A stretch of 64,000 nt of DNA, taken from assembly GCA_013239625.1 (NCBI GenBank), contig MU053881.1, forward strand, positions 11,212,873-11,276,872, given 5' to 3'. Source of the DNA: Lama guanicoe. Taxonomy: Eukaryota. Shown one piece after another: positions 25,905 to 40,708 of the stretch. Positions within the stretch are counted from its first letter, which is position 1. The number at the start of each line of letters is the position of its first letter. A program made the position numbers and the translations under genes. The notes under the pieces are model-generated. The model saw nothing but the letters and a program-made list of their open reading frames with translations. It did not search any database and was not told the origin of the DNA.

Positions 25905-27063
25905 TATCAGAAGTTTCATGACTCCCTCCTCTGTGATGAAATACTTTCTTCACTTGGCTTTGGGTACTCACTCAAATCTCATGATTTCCTCTTGTCTTAC
26001 TGTTTTTTTCTTTCTCAATCTACTTTATGGATTCCTCCTCATATTAATACCCTTCAATATTGGAATAGCCCAAGAGTAAGAGTTTGCCCTTGTATCTCTT
26101 CTCTATTTGAAGACCCCTAGAAATCTCATGTAATCCCATCACTTTCAATACCTTGCGATGTTGAAGACTCTTAGTCTGGATATCTATGTTGCACACCAGA
26201 CTTCAAGTTCAACTGCCTACTTTCAGTGTTATCCTACAAACTTCCAAGGGCCCCCTCTTCCCCACCAAAATGTGCTCTACAATCTAAAAACTTGCAATTC
26301 TATCTTTCCAATTGTGTAAGCCCTCAAACCTTCAAATAACTCTTGTTTGTTTGTTTTTTTAAAGAAAATCTTGTTAAATATATCCTCAGAAAACAGGCAG
26401 AATCTGACCCTGCCCCCGAACCCCCAATGCTGTAATTTTATCCAAGCCGTCATTCTCTCACCTTAATTAGTGTAGAGTCACTCGAAGTTATCTCCCTGTT
26501 ACTGCTCCTCCATCCCTGCACCCTTCAATCTAGTTCCAATACAGCAGACAAAATAATTCTGATAAAATGTAAGTCATATTCTCTTCCTTTTCCATTCATA
26601 ACCCTCCAGCGGCTTTTCAATTCACCTAGAGTAAAGACCTACATTTTCACGCTGGCCTATAAGCTCCTTAAAGAATGCCAGTTACACATTTGACTCTACC
26701 TTCTACTTTTCTTCACCCGTCATTTCTAGCTTTCTGGTCGCCTTGCTATTCTCTGGATGAACCAGGCATGCACCCAGATCCAGACATCTGCATTTTCTGT
26801 TCCCTCTGGGCAATTCATCTCGCAGACACCATGACTCACTTTACTTCCCTCATCTTCCTCAGGGCTCACCATGCTATTTAAAACTGAAATCGCCATCACA
26901 CTTCTTAGCTCCCTTTTTTTAATTCATGGTAATTATTACTCATTTTTGTGTGCTTATTGTTTTCTCAATCCTTATAGAAAGGTAAATCCACAAGATAGGA
27001 ATCTTACTAGTATATTCTTAGCGCCTAGAAGAGTGCCTGACACGTGGTCATCAATAAATGTTA
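25905..27063 (+). mobile_element. L2a-like LINE, 3' ~1.1 kb
   Basis: 'aaaatgtaagtcat', 'accctccagcggctttt', terminal 'gcgcctagaagagtgcctgacacgtgg..tcaataaatgtt'. Confidence 0.8.
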
Positions 27064-28959
27064 GCAGACCACAAGTAATAAGTAATTTGAGAGATAAATC
27101 TACTGAATAGGTGAAGAATTGGAAAACGTATCAGGCTGTACTCAGAATGAGTACATACCTAAAGATAAATAAGTACATTACTAAGGGATATAAAACAGGT
27201 AGAGAAACATGGCCCAGTGGGAGGTCCAAGTAAACTTGCATACTACTGAAAAATAAGCGTTCCTATTTGTAATAAAGTGGGTAATATTGCTGAACAATAA
27301 TTAAATAGTTTGCCTCATACTTGACCTCTCAGACTCTTTGAAATGCTACTGCATAAAATGGAACACAGAAGACAGTATTTCCATAAATTATTTGACCATA
27401 TAAACTATTTCTGATCTTCTTATAAAACTAGAGTGTCACTGAATGACTTACGGGAAATGCCGAGGAGAAAGGGAGGTTGCCCTATAATTCTGTCTCAGTA
27501 TGGTAAGATAAAAAATGCTGTGATAAATGAACCTGGGAAGCTAGGAAGCTAGTAAGATATTCATTAATGTTGAATAATAATGTGTACAGTCAGGAAGAGT
27601 CAAGGACTCTGTGGATAATTATCTGTAATATATAATAAGCTGCAATCATATTGCATAAAAAATAAGACTTCTGAGGTTTAGTAAAATATATAGGGGAAGA
27701 CTTTTTCATTGCCTATGTTTACATCAAGGAGAATAACAACATTCATTAATGCTACAGAGATACAACTTATCCCATCTATTACACTTGTACTTCCATAACT
27801 TTTTCATCCCAGAGGTTGTAAGAAGTTTTAGAAAAGATCAACCTATCAAAATTATTGAAAGATTGCAGCATGACATAACAATAAGAGCCAAAGATTTGGA
27901 ATCAGCATACTTCTCTAAGTATTAGTATAGACATGAGCAGTGAAGTATTAATAGCCCCATATTCAGCTCCACTGGGAAGGAATTGAGGTTTAAGAACATA
28001 GTCTCATAGGTCTCCATCAGGAGTCAATGTCAAAGACATGATTAATGCATAACGCTCTGATACCTAATAATTGGTTCATTATCATCTTTAGTTGATTTAT
28101 TTGTCTAAATATCAGTTAGGACCATGCCAGGCATGTAAACTCACATTTAAATAGGGTTATAAAAAGACAAGGAAAAAATATGTTGGTTATATGAATTGCA
28201 AACTAGAATATCTCTATGTCAGAAAGGTCACAGCTATGATTATATTGTTTTCTCTTTGCCCTAAACTATTAAATTTTAATAAAGATTAAATGGCATCTCT
28301 CTGTAATTTAGAAAAATGACAAAACACTAAAGTTTCTATTTATGATGTATATCTTTGTCTAACTGTTCGTGCTTCTTAGCATCATATATTAAACTAAAAA
28401 TTATTAAAATCCTGAAAATTGGTGTTTCCCCTATTATATATAAAGTATAAAGGACATAGAAATTATGTATTAACTTTACATATCAATGAACAGACATCAT
28501 CAAAAAATTAAATTTTATTTCTCTCTTTGAAATAGACTTCAAATTCGATGTAAGTGTTTAACAAAGAAATATACATTCAGCATTTCTGTTAAACAATATA
28601 AACTAACAATAATTAGTATTGTTGATGTATTTATTATTTTCATTTTCTTAACAGAGAAATCCTGAAAGCATTTTTTGCTTGAGAAATTCCTAATAACTTC
28701 TTTGAAATAGATATGATTTCAACAGATTAAGGTAATAATTTGTTTCAATGTGAGTATCTGAAAAAAAAATTTTTTTTCTTTTCAGTACACACAACCCTTA
28801 ATCTTCTGGCCTCCACTTGAATTTACATAATGTGTATGAATAGGAGTATATAATAAGATGAATGGCATCCAAAATTAACAACCTAAGTTACACTTTGTAT
28901 CATAAGTAAACTATTAAGAGTACTGTGTGTTCACTTGAATCCTCAAAACTGTCTGATAA

Positions 28960-29217
28960 TAAAAATAACAATTACAAGGGCAAACACTGATACCGTGATT
29001 GCTATATACACACTGCTTTAAGTGCTTTCTGCATATTACCTTATTTAACTCTTACAATAATACCTACGAGAAACGTACTATTATTATCTTTGTTTGACAA
29101 AGAAGGAAATTCTATGCAGAGAGTTTAAGGAATTTCCTCAAGGTCATACGGCTAGGAAACAGAGGTTCCAGGATTTGAACGCAAGTAATTAGGCTCCAAA
29201 AGCTGTGATCTTAATCA
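28960..29217 (-). mobile_element. MIR SINE, near full length
   Basis: 'taagtgcttt...ttatttaactcttacaa...caaggtcatacggctag...ggatttgaacgc'. Confidence 0.8.
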
Positions 29218-29549
29218 ATAAATAGCACAACCTCCATTTTGCTTAACTTGGCTATCTGCTTTCAAACTTGTCTTGCAAATGAGAAAACTGAGGGTCAGAG
29301 GTAGTAAGTTTCAAGTCAGGATTTGTACAGAAGTTCTTTGAGGATTGTTGTGCACCAATTTTCTGTTCCCCTGGGGGGAGGTATTTTTTTGGTATCTTTT
29401 ATGATCTTTGATTATGAAAAACCACGAGTTCCAGAATATGAGTCAAGGCAGAAATTGAGTAATATACATATACTCCAGGTGAATGAAATCAGTGCAGGTT
29501 TCTTAGCTTAGTTTCTTTTCAAGGGGGCTGGGGCCAGTGAAGGAAACTA

Positions 29550-29750
29550 ACATTTATTTAAAATTCACTATATACTGAATCTGTACTAATATCATGATAT
29601 ATAGCTCAGTTTAAGTCCTAAAATAACCCCATGAGGCAATACCATTATCACTATTTTGCTGATGAGGAAAAGGAGACTCTGAAACATGAGAAATTCAGTG
29701 TCAGGAGGAAGATTACAATTTGGTCTATTTGATATTAAAGAGATTCCTAC
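29550..29750 (-). mobile_element. MIR SINE
   Basis: 'aacatttatt...aaccccatgagg...attttgctgatgaggaaa'. Confidence 0.65.
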
Positions 29751-30379
29751 ATACCAAATTCAAATACTGCTCAAGGGAAGCACAATGGGGTTTCAAGCAT
29801 ATTGTCACATGCAAATATTTGCTGAGGCACTGAGAACTGCATTGAGTTAGGCAAATTTGATATTACAAATCACCACAAGCACTTTCATACCCTAAAAATT
29901 GATATCTTCTTTTAAATGCAATGTGATTAAAATGGAAATTTTCTGTATTATATTACTGACCTTAGAGATGCAGTATGACATCTGCTACCACATAGTGATA
30001 GAATCTGAACACAAGCTTATAATTTCCTAATTCATTATTTTTTCCTATTTGAGTTAGAATAAGAAAAAGGTGTGAATACTTCAGAAATAACCCCTTATCA
30101 ATATTACTATTGATGCAAAGTCCTGTTAGGAGAGAATATGATGAAGCTGCTCAATGAATCGCACGTGGTCATTTGGCTACATGCAATATTTTATGTGCTG
30201 CATTTCGAGTTACTTGAACAATGAATGCATTTTGCTCTCAAATTTTAAAACAAAGTTAGAAATCAATATTTAATTTTTTAAATCTCAATTCTCCAAGCAA
30301 TACACTTTCTTTAATGTAAAAGAATAATTCCCTAGCAAAAATGCTTAAATAAAAATATAAGAGTGAGTATTAAAAAGTA

Positions 30380-30505
30380 GTATTACCGTCATTTCCCCAG
30401 TTTTCAGGTTAAAAATGAAGCTTGAAAGAGGTAAAGTGATATGCCTAGAGTCACAGTCAGTAAGAAGTAGGACCCAGACAGAACAACTTGTCTGATCTCC
30501 AAATT
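30380..30505 (-). mobile_element. MIR SINE fragment
   Basis: 'ccccagttttcagg...gaggtaaagtgatatgcctagagtcacag'. Confidence 0.65.
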
Positions 30506-30619
30506 TGCTTTTTTTTTTTTTTGCCAAATATTAACGTTTTCTTGATAAGAAGCAAAAGGAGAGCCAGTATTCAGGCTGGGTCAAAGTAATCATGAACACA
30601 CTTTCTTGGCATGCCTGAC

Positions 30620-30935
30620 ATCACTTCCCCTTCCCTGATAAACGTATGTTGATAAACAAAATAATTTCAGATACTGATGAAGTCTATAAAGATGATGCAG
30701 AAAAATCTTAGGGAAATGGGGTGGTGGTAGTAATGTCTGATCAGAGCACTGAACAACATGGAGTAAATCAAGTAAAACTGGGGAAATGGCACACCAGGCG
30801 GCAGCAGAGCAATGCAAAGCCTTGAAGCCAGAATAAGTTTGTCTGATTGGAGGAATAGCAGGGCTGGTGTGATGGGAGCTCTTAAGTCACAGAGACCGTG
30901 GTAGGAGAATGGAGTAGACCAGAGCCAGTCCATCC
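30620..30935 (-). mobile_element. L2 fragment
   Basis: 'cagagcaatgcaaagccttgaagccagaataagtttgtctgattggaggaatagc'. Confidence 0.65.
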
Positions 30936-33604
30936 AGTGCACGGAATCAAATATTTGGGCACAGGACAGTGTGAAATGTGAAATTCAAAGTTTAATCCAA
31001 ATTTTATCTCCACATTATTATTATTTTTTTAATTTATAGAAAAGGGATATGCTTCTCAAAATGCTTCCATGAGCCCACCCCTGCCCAAGTACACCTTCAT
31101 TCACATAACTAATATTCAGTTCTTTTCAGTCCCTGTAGAACATTAAAACCTTTTATAAAGTTTTTTAATTAAATATTCCTAGCTCTCTCCTATGAAAAGT
31201 AGAAACCTAGATATGTATACACGTTTTTAATCACAGGCAATCTGAAGAGCAGCAGAAGTAGAAAACTATGGTTTTCATTCACTTGGTTTACATGACCACT
31301 GTTTGCAGAAAATAAGAATTATTAGGAGGAAATAAGTTGTCATCAAGATGATTTCTTTCTCATTTTAGATGCATTTTTATCATGGAGATTACCAATTGCA
31401 AAATGTGTTGATGTGACTTTCAATCACATTTTGCTGCCTGGATGTTATTGAAAATTTCTACATTCTCTTTTCAAACCTGAAACATATCACTAGTGAAAAG
31501 ATTAGTTTGTGGCCAATGAATACATTTTAATAGCAAACTTTCAGAAAGTTATTTCCATGATACTACGGGGGTTACAAATTATCTAGTCATAACTTAATAG
31601 ACATTCCATTAGGGTTGAAATATTATTAAGGTTGTCCTTACTGATAATTCTATCACAAATAAAATAATCTTTTAAAGTATAGTAATAAACCAGCTTAATA
31701 TCTATGCTTATGCTTAACAGTTGCAAAATATTACCGGAAACTAAAATGCACAAAGACTTATCTTAATGTTTAATATGAATAAAAATATAGAAACAAAATA
31801 ATACTCAGTAATCTTCCAGCTGAGCCTAAGAATTCCAATGCCAAATTGCTTTAAAGAGTAAGTTCTGATAGAACGGTATATATGCTACTACATTATGCAT
31901 ATGAGTCTTATGTATATTGAAAGAAGGAATTACATTAAAGGTGATATTTTTGCACATATGAAAGAAGAACTTTTCAGAAAACAAGATGAATCAATCATAG
32001 TTCCTCCAGATCAAAACAAAAGAAAATGTCCTTCCTGAAACAAGTTTGCATGTGAATATCACGTCATTCAAAAAATATAGTTTGATTTAGAGGTAATGTA
32101 TATAGTTTTCCTTAATTACCATAGTATTTTTCTCTTTAAATATATTTTCAGAGACTATTATGTGCATTATAATATTCAGAAGAAGAAGAATAGATTCATA
32201 AATGTGTTGAAGGTAACATGTTAAAACTCTAACCTCTAGAGTAATGATTCTCAAAGGGGAAAAGAAAGATTTCAGGAAGAAGGGACAAAATGGGTCATAA
32301 GATAATACAAAACACTCTAATTGCTTTGACCTTTTAATGTTTGTGTTTATGCTACTAAAATAAATTTGGTGTTAAAAATACTCTATAACCTCTTTTTAAA
32401 GAATATAAAAGCAGGCATGTGTTTAAAAAAAAGCTTGTAAAACACTGCTTTAGAATTCCAAATAACATATTACATTTCAAAGAATGATACGGGGCCAAGG
32501 TCTAAAAGGGCTAAAGGGGCCAGGGATATGTGAGACCTCTTCCTTCGCTAAGTGAGGGGGAGCAGAAATATTAAGGAGAAAGATTATGGAACTCTGTAAA
32601 CATCAACCCTTGTTAGAACTTTGACTGTGGTGGCATTCCCACCTATATATGGAATAAATTAGGATTTCACTCCAAAAAGACAGTACCAAATATGCTTTAC
32701 TCTAACTCTCTAATTATGGCTGCTAATTTCATTACCATTTCAGGGAGACGGAAAGATCATTCAAATTTGACAATGATAAATTCTCTACCAGTATAATTTT
32801 GAAGGAATTTGGAGGAATCTGGTACTTTAAACTTAGACAATTAACACAGAAACAAAACCGATAAAATTTCAGATCTTTATTCCACAAGGTAAAACTTACA
32901 GATTTATAGCTTAAAGTATGAGAAAGTGTTAATTATTCCAACAATATACATTTAATATACATTTAGTGCCAGGAATCTATGACATGCCACACATCTCTAT
33001 TCTTGCAACACATTATATTTCGAGGGAGAGATAGGAGAAAGAAATTTTACTCAAAAGGGGATACAAACCACTAGCCAACACCACCATGCTTAGCACTTTG
33101 TGTACCACATTTTCCTTCTTTTTAAAGTATACCTCTTACTGTGTATTTTAATTCAGCTGAAATAGTTTAGATGAAGTAACCAATATCACATAGCTTGTTA
33201 AGGTCATTGCTGGGATATTAACACTGTTCAGCTTGACTCCAACACCTTCTGCTTTCTACTCAGATACTGGGATCTCTATTCCGACCTTGTATCATCTCGC
33301 CACAGTTAAAACTTAGGTGAATACATCTTAAATACCATTTCTAAACAGGTCCAACTCTAGAGTATTTTCCTTGAAAGATAAGAAAAACCGGTGACATGGT
33401 TAAGCAGGAGCAAACATCCTAAGATCTCTTGATTTTCATCAACAACAGCAGCTAAACTAGTTCATACACAGGTATATCAATTCCCCATGCTGTGTGATAT
33501 ATTTATGCTCTCAACTTATTGCCGTCACACAGTATCACAACACAATGTGACTGTCCAAGGAAATTAATCTACTTCTATTAGAAGATTTCAGTGATGAATG
33601 GTAT

Positions 33605-33665
33605 CAAAGATTCCGTGTGTGTGTGAGTGTGTGTGTGTGTGTCTGTGTGTGTGTCTACATATATA
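33605..33665. repeat. Imperfect (TG)n microsatellite
   Basis: Seen directly. Confidence 0.9.
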
Positions 33666-33875
33666 CCTATATAATCTGTCTTGGAAACTGAGTTGCTGGC
33701 TGTGAATAGCTCTTTGAAAAATTACTGTCTGTATTGGAGTCGTCTAAGATAGTACACATATTCAGGATTACCTACTGGACTGCTGATTCACTGTTACAGG
33801 GAGAAGCCCTCCTGCCTTGACTAGCCAGAGGGAGGCAGGAAGAGTGTAGGTCACATTTTAAACACGGGGTATGTT

Positions 33876-34773
33876 ACAAATGGCCAATAGGCACATGAAA
33901 AAATGTTCAATATTACTAATTATCAGAGAAACGCAAATAAAGACCACAATGAGGTATCACCTCACACCAGTCAGAATGGCTGTCATTCAAAAGTCCACAA
34001 ATGATAAATGCTGGAGAGCGTGTGGAGAAAAGGAAACCCTCTTACACTGCTGGTGAGAATGTAGTTTGGTGCAGCCATTATGCAAAACAGTATGGAGATT
34101 CCTCAAAAAACTAGAAATAGACTTATCATATAATACAGCAAACCCACTTCTGGGTATATATCTGGAGGGAACTCTAATTCAAAAAGATGCATGTACCCCA
34201 GTGTTCATGGCAGCACTATATACAATAGCCAAGACATGAAAGCAACCTAAATGTCCATCTACAGATGACTGGATAAAGAAGCTGTGGTATATTTATATAA
34301 TGGAATACTACTCAGCCATAAAAAGAATAAAATAATGCCATTTGCAGAATGGATGGACCTAGAGATCATCATTCTAAGTGAAGTAAGCCAGAAAAAGAGA
34401 GAAAAATACCATACGGTATCATTCATATGTGGAATATAAAAAAAAAAGAAGACACTAATGAACTCATCTACAAAACAGAAACAGACTCGCAGTCATAGTA
34501 AACAATCTTATGGTTACTGGGATAAAGGGGGTGGGAAGGCATAACTTTGGGAGTTTTAGATTTGAAAGTGTTAGCCACTATGTAGACAAATATTAAATAA
34601 CCAGATTTCTGCTGTATAGCACAGGGAACTATATTTAATATCTTATAATAATCTTTGAAAAAGAATATAAAAATGAATATATTTGTGTACTTGCATGACT
34701 GGGACATTGTGCTGTACACCAGAAATTGACACATTGTAAGTGACTGTACTTCAATATAAATAAATAAATAAAT
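33876..34773 (+). mobile_element. Camelid-type L1, 3' ~0.9 kb with (TAAA)n tail
   Basis: ORF2 C-terminus '[27 protein letters not shown]'; degenerate 16-bp TSD aaacacggggtatgtt (33860-33875) / aaagatggagtatgtt (34774-34789). Confidence 0.95.
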
Positions 34774-36921
34774 AAAGATGGAGTATGTTTGGAAACCTTC
34801 CTATATTTGGCATATGTCCCTAATAAGATACAACTGATAGGTAATATGATAGGAAAGGTGTTCTATCAGTGGTGACTACTTCTTTTTTATTCTAATATGG
34901 CTTTCTCCAATAGATCACCAACATGCATATGAATATAATCTTAAAATTACTATAACAGAGTAGATAAAAAGGTTCAAAGTCTTGAGGAAAATGGTTTTTA
35001 ACAGGAAATGATTTGAAAAAGACTAGAAAACATTCTGCAATGCCATTTGACCATGAATTTGCAAAGGTCAAAATAATCACGGTATTTCTGAAATGCCAAT
35101 GAGTATTAACCTGAACACTAAAAATTAATAAACTATTCATAACCCATGATATTAATAATCACACATATATTTTTCTGGAGTCCAAAATAGACATTTTAAA
35201 GTTCCATATGGGAAGCAGATATGTGGGTGTGACTTTTAGACTTTTTCGGAAAGCCATAAGAAGAAGAAAAAACAGAAACAAAAACAAAAACTAATATCCC
35301 CTTACATAAGAACTTAGAAAAGAAGGATTAAACAAAGTATTAGCTGTGTGGTATTTTCTCAATCAGCTCCAGTTTCTCTGCAATCTCTTTAAATAATCAA
35401 TATATCCTCTTTCAAGGTACAGATCCTCAAATCTTCATGCATCCACCATAGTAGGCCAGGCCACTCTAGGAATACAATTTCAAACATAAAGCAGCCTATA
35501 GAATTTACACTTAGCCTTACAACATTTTAGTCTTGATATAAGTCGCCTGGATGATTCCCTACATCTCAAGAACCTGTACTTCCTAGGTAAATTTTTATTA
35601 TATAAATTTTAGTTTTGAATTATCATTGGTATAATTGAATAAAATAAGTAACAGTCATCTGATGGCACAGTTTACAATTGCTTATTTGCTTTAAAACTTT
35701 GAGATATTCTTCAGACTAGATCATCTTATAATCTTTTCCAAATCAACGGACTATTAAATGTAAACAGAGATGTGAGTCAGCCAGTCTATTTCCCATTGCA
35801 ACGTGGATTTCAAAGGTTGATTATGTATATAATCACAAACTTGGATTCATGTGTGTATGAATAGACAAGGATTTTTAAACCATGAAAAATATGTATATAA
35901 TGCCACAGATCAGTATTTTAAAGCTTTTAAAAAACTGAATTATTACAGAAAGCATACAAATAAAGACATTTCAGGGTAATATATTATTAATGTTTTTTAA
36001 AATATTTTATTATGCACTAAATTTAAAATATAGACTTTTTTACCTTACTGTATTTACAAACTTTAAAGATACATATACAGGAAACTGCAAGCTACCAGTA
36101 AAAAAACCCAACTGCAATATAATTTTAGATGTAAAACAACTAAGATTCAATAATTCATACATTTTATTTTTTACATCTTGGGAGCTGAAGATTACTTCAT
36201 TGTATTCTAGATTGTATCAAAGCATAAACATACAAAGCACTGCCTTTATAGCATAAGGAAATCTATCAATAAAATTTAAACTATCAAGTTAATCTTTAAA
36301 CTCTCCAGAAAGAATGAGATATGGAAATGCAAGTAATACCACAATAATGTGCATACAAATTGCTATTAAATTTTTATACTCCTGTAATTAGACAGAAAGA
36401 CCAACCATTTAAAATTTGGAAAGAAAATTACCAACAGGACTTATCTGAGTTTATGTATTTTATTATCAGTAATGTTACAGTATATTCATAAAACATTAAG
36501 ATGCATATAAATGCAGTCCAATGGGATGACCCAAATGCATGCAATAAGAGTTAAGAAAAACATGGCTGTGGAAAAGCATTTTGTAAATAACTCTGATATC
36601 TAAATGGTAATGTGAAGACCTGGTAACATCGAATATTACTTGAAGTTCCCATTTAAAATGGTATCTGTCAAAATTAACACCACCTTCTTCAGTATGTACA
36701 AAGAGTAGTGTTCAATAGGGAAGTAGACTTCAATAGAGAAATAAAAAGAACTGTGAGGACAGCTTACGAGGAAAACCTGAAGTAGGTCAAGAAGGTTCTT
36801 TCCACCTTTTCAGTAACTTCTTAAGTGTTCTCTGTCGTCCTTCTAGTCCCTCCTGGGCTTATATTACTCTGTGTTATTTGTCACTAACCCTTTCTGTCAC
36901 AGACTTGGGGGTACTAAACCG

Positions 36922-37110
36922 CAGTAGTTTTCAAACTTCAGCATGCATGAAACCTACCTAAGGTCTCAGTGAAGAATGCAGTTTCACAGCTTATAATGAA
37001 TGGAGCTTGAGACTCAGTGCTGGTGGGAGGGGCAGAGAAGGGGCCCAAGAAACTTTATTTTCAATTATTCTGATGTAGGATGATCTGGAGACCAAACTTT
37101 GAAAGCCCTG
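36922..37110. mobile_element. MER5A-like hAT-Charlie MITE
   Basis: TIR-like 'cagtagttttcaaac' and 'actttgaaagccctg'; internal 'gggcccaagaa', 'attctgatg'. Confidence 0.75.
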
Positions 37111-37469
37111 TCGTGGGGAATACCTGAATGATTAAAAGTCTCAAAAACAAGGGTTAAATGTGTGTGAGTTTGCTTTTGGACAACTTAGGGGGTTTTGGCA
37201 CTTACAAATAATGTGATCTTGAAAAATCACTTATTACCATGATTCATATACATATGATTTCAAGTATTCATCTAGCTGAGGTCTGAGGATAATGCTTTGA
37301 ATTTTGAGGTCTCCTAATAGTATGAGTTTTCTCCATCTGTCAGGAAATGTCATTGTACAGGAAAGCCTCTCAGTTTCCTTCAAATCAAAGTAAGTAGATT
37401 ATTGGCTGCTTTACTTTTTGCTAATATTAGATGTCTTAGTCACAGAATAATACGGTAGCACATACCTTC

Positions 37470-37968
37470 TTATTTTTCTACCCAATTACGTACCATTTCT
37501 TCAAAGATTTACCCTGTCTTTCCTTTGTCAACTGCTTCTCCTGACACCATCTATAGCTGCAAAGGAAGTCATTGTTTCACAGTGTGATCTACGCCTAGAA
37601 GATATTGATTAATTCAGAGGTCAGCACTGGTTCCAAGCTGGGTCAAAGATTCTCTTTCCTAAAATTTTTGGACTTGAGACTCAGAACAAGTTGGTACCTT
37701 CCTAAGAACTTGACCTGTAAGATCAAAATCTCAGGTGATACTGAAAGCATCTGCAGTATAATCCGTCTAAAGCAAGATTAGAAATAAAAACATACCCAGA
37801 GAAGCAAAGCTGAAAGTCAAAGTTTTCATCCTCTCATTTCATGCCACAGCAACATTGCTATCCTTGATTTTTGACCACAGAGCTAGAGGTCTCATGGTAC
37901 ATTTACCTCTTAGAATAAGTCAATTTGAATCTTCTTTCTGTGCCAACCAAATAAGGGTCCTCACGAAC
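37470..37968 (+). mobile_element. Old MLT1 (MaLR) LTR
   Basis: 3' end 'taagtcaatttgaatc...gccaaccaaataagggtcctcacgaaca' resembles the MLT1 terminus; 5' boundary uncertain. Confidence 0.5.
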
Positions 37969-40684
37969 AGAGCAGATTTTGCAGGTGAACACTGAAATTT
38001 CATCTGTAGCTTCCCAAACTACACCATGCAAGAGCTGGGGGGATGCTTGATTTGAACTTGACTGGATTGGATATTAGTAAGACATGACTTTCTAGAGTAA
38101 TCTTGCTCTGTCTCTCTTCTACACGTTTATTTGCCTACGGAGTATAATAACCAGGGACCATGGAACCGTTGGACTTCAGAGAAAATAGTCTCCTCAACCC
38201 AATATTGCCATGAGGAAACCAAGAATCAACAAATACTAAATATGTAGGATTACCTAGAACAGTAAATATAAATTTACAGGTCTGAATATAAATATGCATC
38301 CTTTTAAATAAATTATTTTGTTATAACTAATGTTTAAGTAAGATTATAAGCAGGAATTACATGCATTACATAATCTCTTTTTCCTATTTTTGTAAAGCAA
38401 GGACATAATATTTTAGCACAATGTTTTAGATGTATGTAAGTCTCACCAACAGCGGCAAAGGAGCTGAAAATATCAAGAATACCAATTAAAATTTCCTTTA
38501 AATTTTGCTAGCCTAAATACATTTGTGTTACATTTATCACAGATTTTACAATCTATTGAAATGTTTATAACTCTCAATTTTATTTTTCAGGAGTGGATTA
38601 TCTACAATATCAGTCATTTGTATCACATTTGCATTAAGAAAAAATGGGAGTGGATTATGTTAACACACAACTAGCCACATTCTACCACCTTCCCACACAT
38701 CATTCTTAGAATCATAAAATGACAGACCAAATTCGAATTGTGCTAAAATCTAAAATTATGCAATATACGAGAATAAAATTGTAATATGTAGAGCTCAAAA
38801 GAATACCTGAGAAAGGCTGACAGGGATGATAAACATAAAAAAAATGGTAATTATGTTTTCCCATTTCCAGTATGGGACCTGCTTGGAAGATACTGGTTGC
38901 TCATCAAGAGGGAGAAAAAGTACTATCTATCTTAGGAGAGACTTTACCCAGCAGAAAGAGTTGTTTGATACGTTATCACCTTTTTATCTTATTTCTTTAA
39001 TAGCACTTTGCTGATGCAGTTTGGTACATGCAATTGAGAGCTATCCAACATTGTTAGGGACAGAAAATGCTAGGACAAGTTGATTTACATCCAAGGATAT
39101 GGATTAATATCCAAGGATATTACATTAAAATAAGCTGAGAATGGGGAAACTGTCTTAAAGATGGTTAAACAAAGACATTGCTGCCTTGCTCAACTTCCTG
39201 AAGAAGACGACTAAAAAAACTGAAGACATTAGAAAATAGTTAGTCTTAAATTCTATAAAGAAGAGTGTGTTCTAAGAAAACAGGTCCTAAGCAAACTAAG
39301 TATAAATACAGCCCTCCTCTAGTCTCAGGCAGAATACCATGATCTCATAATCAGCTTCCCTGAACATTAACAATAAACAAACTGTGTATTTTAATAACTA
39401 GACATTAATCATAATATTGTTTTGAAAAACACATGCATACAAACGCATCTATTTTTATTCCTCTACTGTATGTATCATATCTTATTTAAAACAGTTACAT
39501 TAATTTCATCCTAGTCATGATAGCTTAATTAATAGCAAGAAAGTGATACCACTTAAGCTTGCCTAAGCAATTATGTGAGCGAGTGTATACAGGGAGGGGT
39601 GGGGGGCCCTCCCAGGCAATTTTCTAGACAAAGCTGTTGGTTTTGAGTTGTTAAAAGGCAAAAATTACTTTTCCCCATGTTGCCAGTTTCCTAGTCATTG
39701 CTTGGCTGAAAATGAGAGTTTCTAGCTTAAACATTCTTCTGATTATTAGTTTATATAGTCGAGAGAGGAAAACTCCACTGTATCATTGAACAGCTAGTCA
39801 GTGAATGGGCTATTTCCTCCTTGGGAAAGTATCCACCTTCAATTCCTTAAGCCAGTTGAGGCTGTGTAACTATAAATACAACCACCTGTGCCTAGACGTC
39901 AGCAGGTGCTACGACTGGGCCACGCCCCAGAGATCTAAGTGTAGGGTGGTTTGTTACCCCCAAAAAATAAAATTAAAAGATGCTCCTGAGTAGACAGACC
40001 CCTTTCTAAAAACACCTGACAAAAATCCATCTTATACATTCTGCCACTAAATGTGATCCTTCTTTAAAGTCATGACTGATAACTGCTGGCATATGTAGTG
40101 GGCGTACATTCCTAACCGTGTAAATGGAAAGTCCATGAGATATGAAAACACTTTGTAAACTTAATTTTTAATTGTTCTGTGATCAGGAGAGTGTAAATGC
40201 TTTTTGCTTCAACTCAGTGTTTTGTATTTGAGATGCTTCTTTTTATCTACCATCAAATATGTAGTTTTCAATTCATGTTTTCACCTCACACTTTAATAGA
40301 GCGTCTTCTACATACAGAAAACTTTGTGAAGAGCTCTAAGGATTCAAAAGTGAATAAAATGTCTTTAGAGTTATATGTCCTGTATCCATTTCTCTGTCAA
40401 GTCCAGTTATCAGATCTGTACCTGACTTTCATCATTTTGTTGCCTCATTGAAACCACGGCAAAAATTGTTTGATACTTTAATACAACTTGTCTTACAGAA
40501 AGGAACGCAACAAAAAGTGATCCTACAAAACTCACATTTATTGTAGAGATGTTCTTGAGGACATTATGCATGATATTACCTAGGAAATTTTATTTTATCT
40601 TAGAATTCAGTACTAGTAAATTCCATGAGACCCCTTCTGAAATTGGTAGGATTTTTTAAAAGTTTTTTTGTCTCTCTGTGTTTT

Positions 40685-40708
40685 TGTGTGTGTGTGTGTG
40701 TGTGTGTG
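40685..40708. repeat. (TG)n microsatellite
   Basis: Seen directly. Confidence 0.95.

Noticed and set aside
30790..30810. CTCF-like motif ACACCAGGCGGCAGCA (weaker one at ~43244)
   Set aside because: Mismatches at core positions and located in an L2; not supportable without ChIP data.
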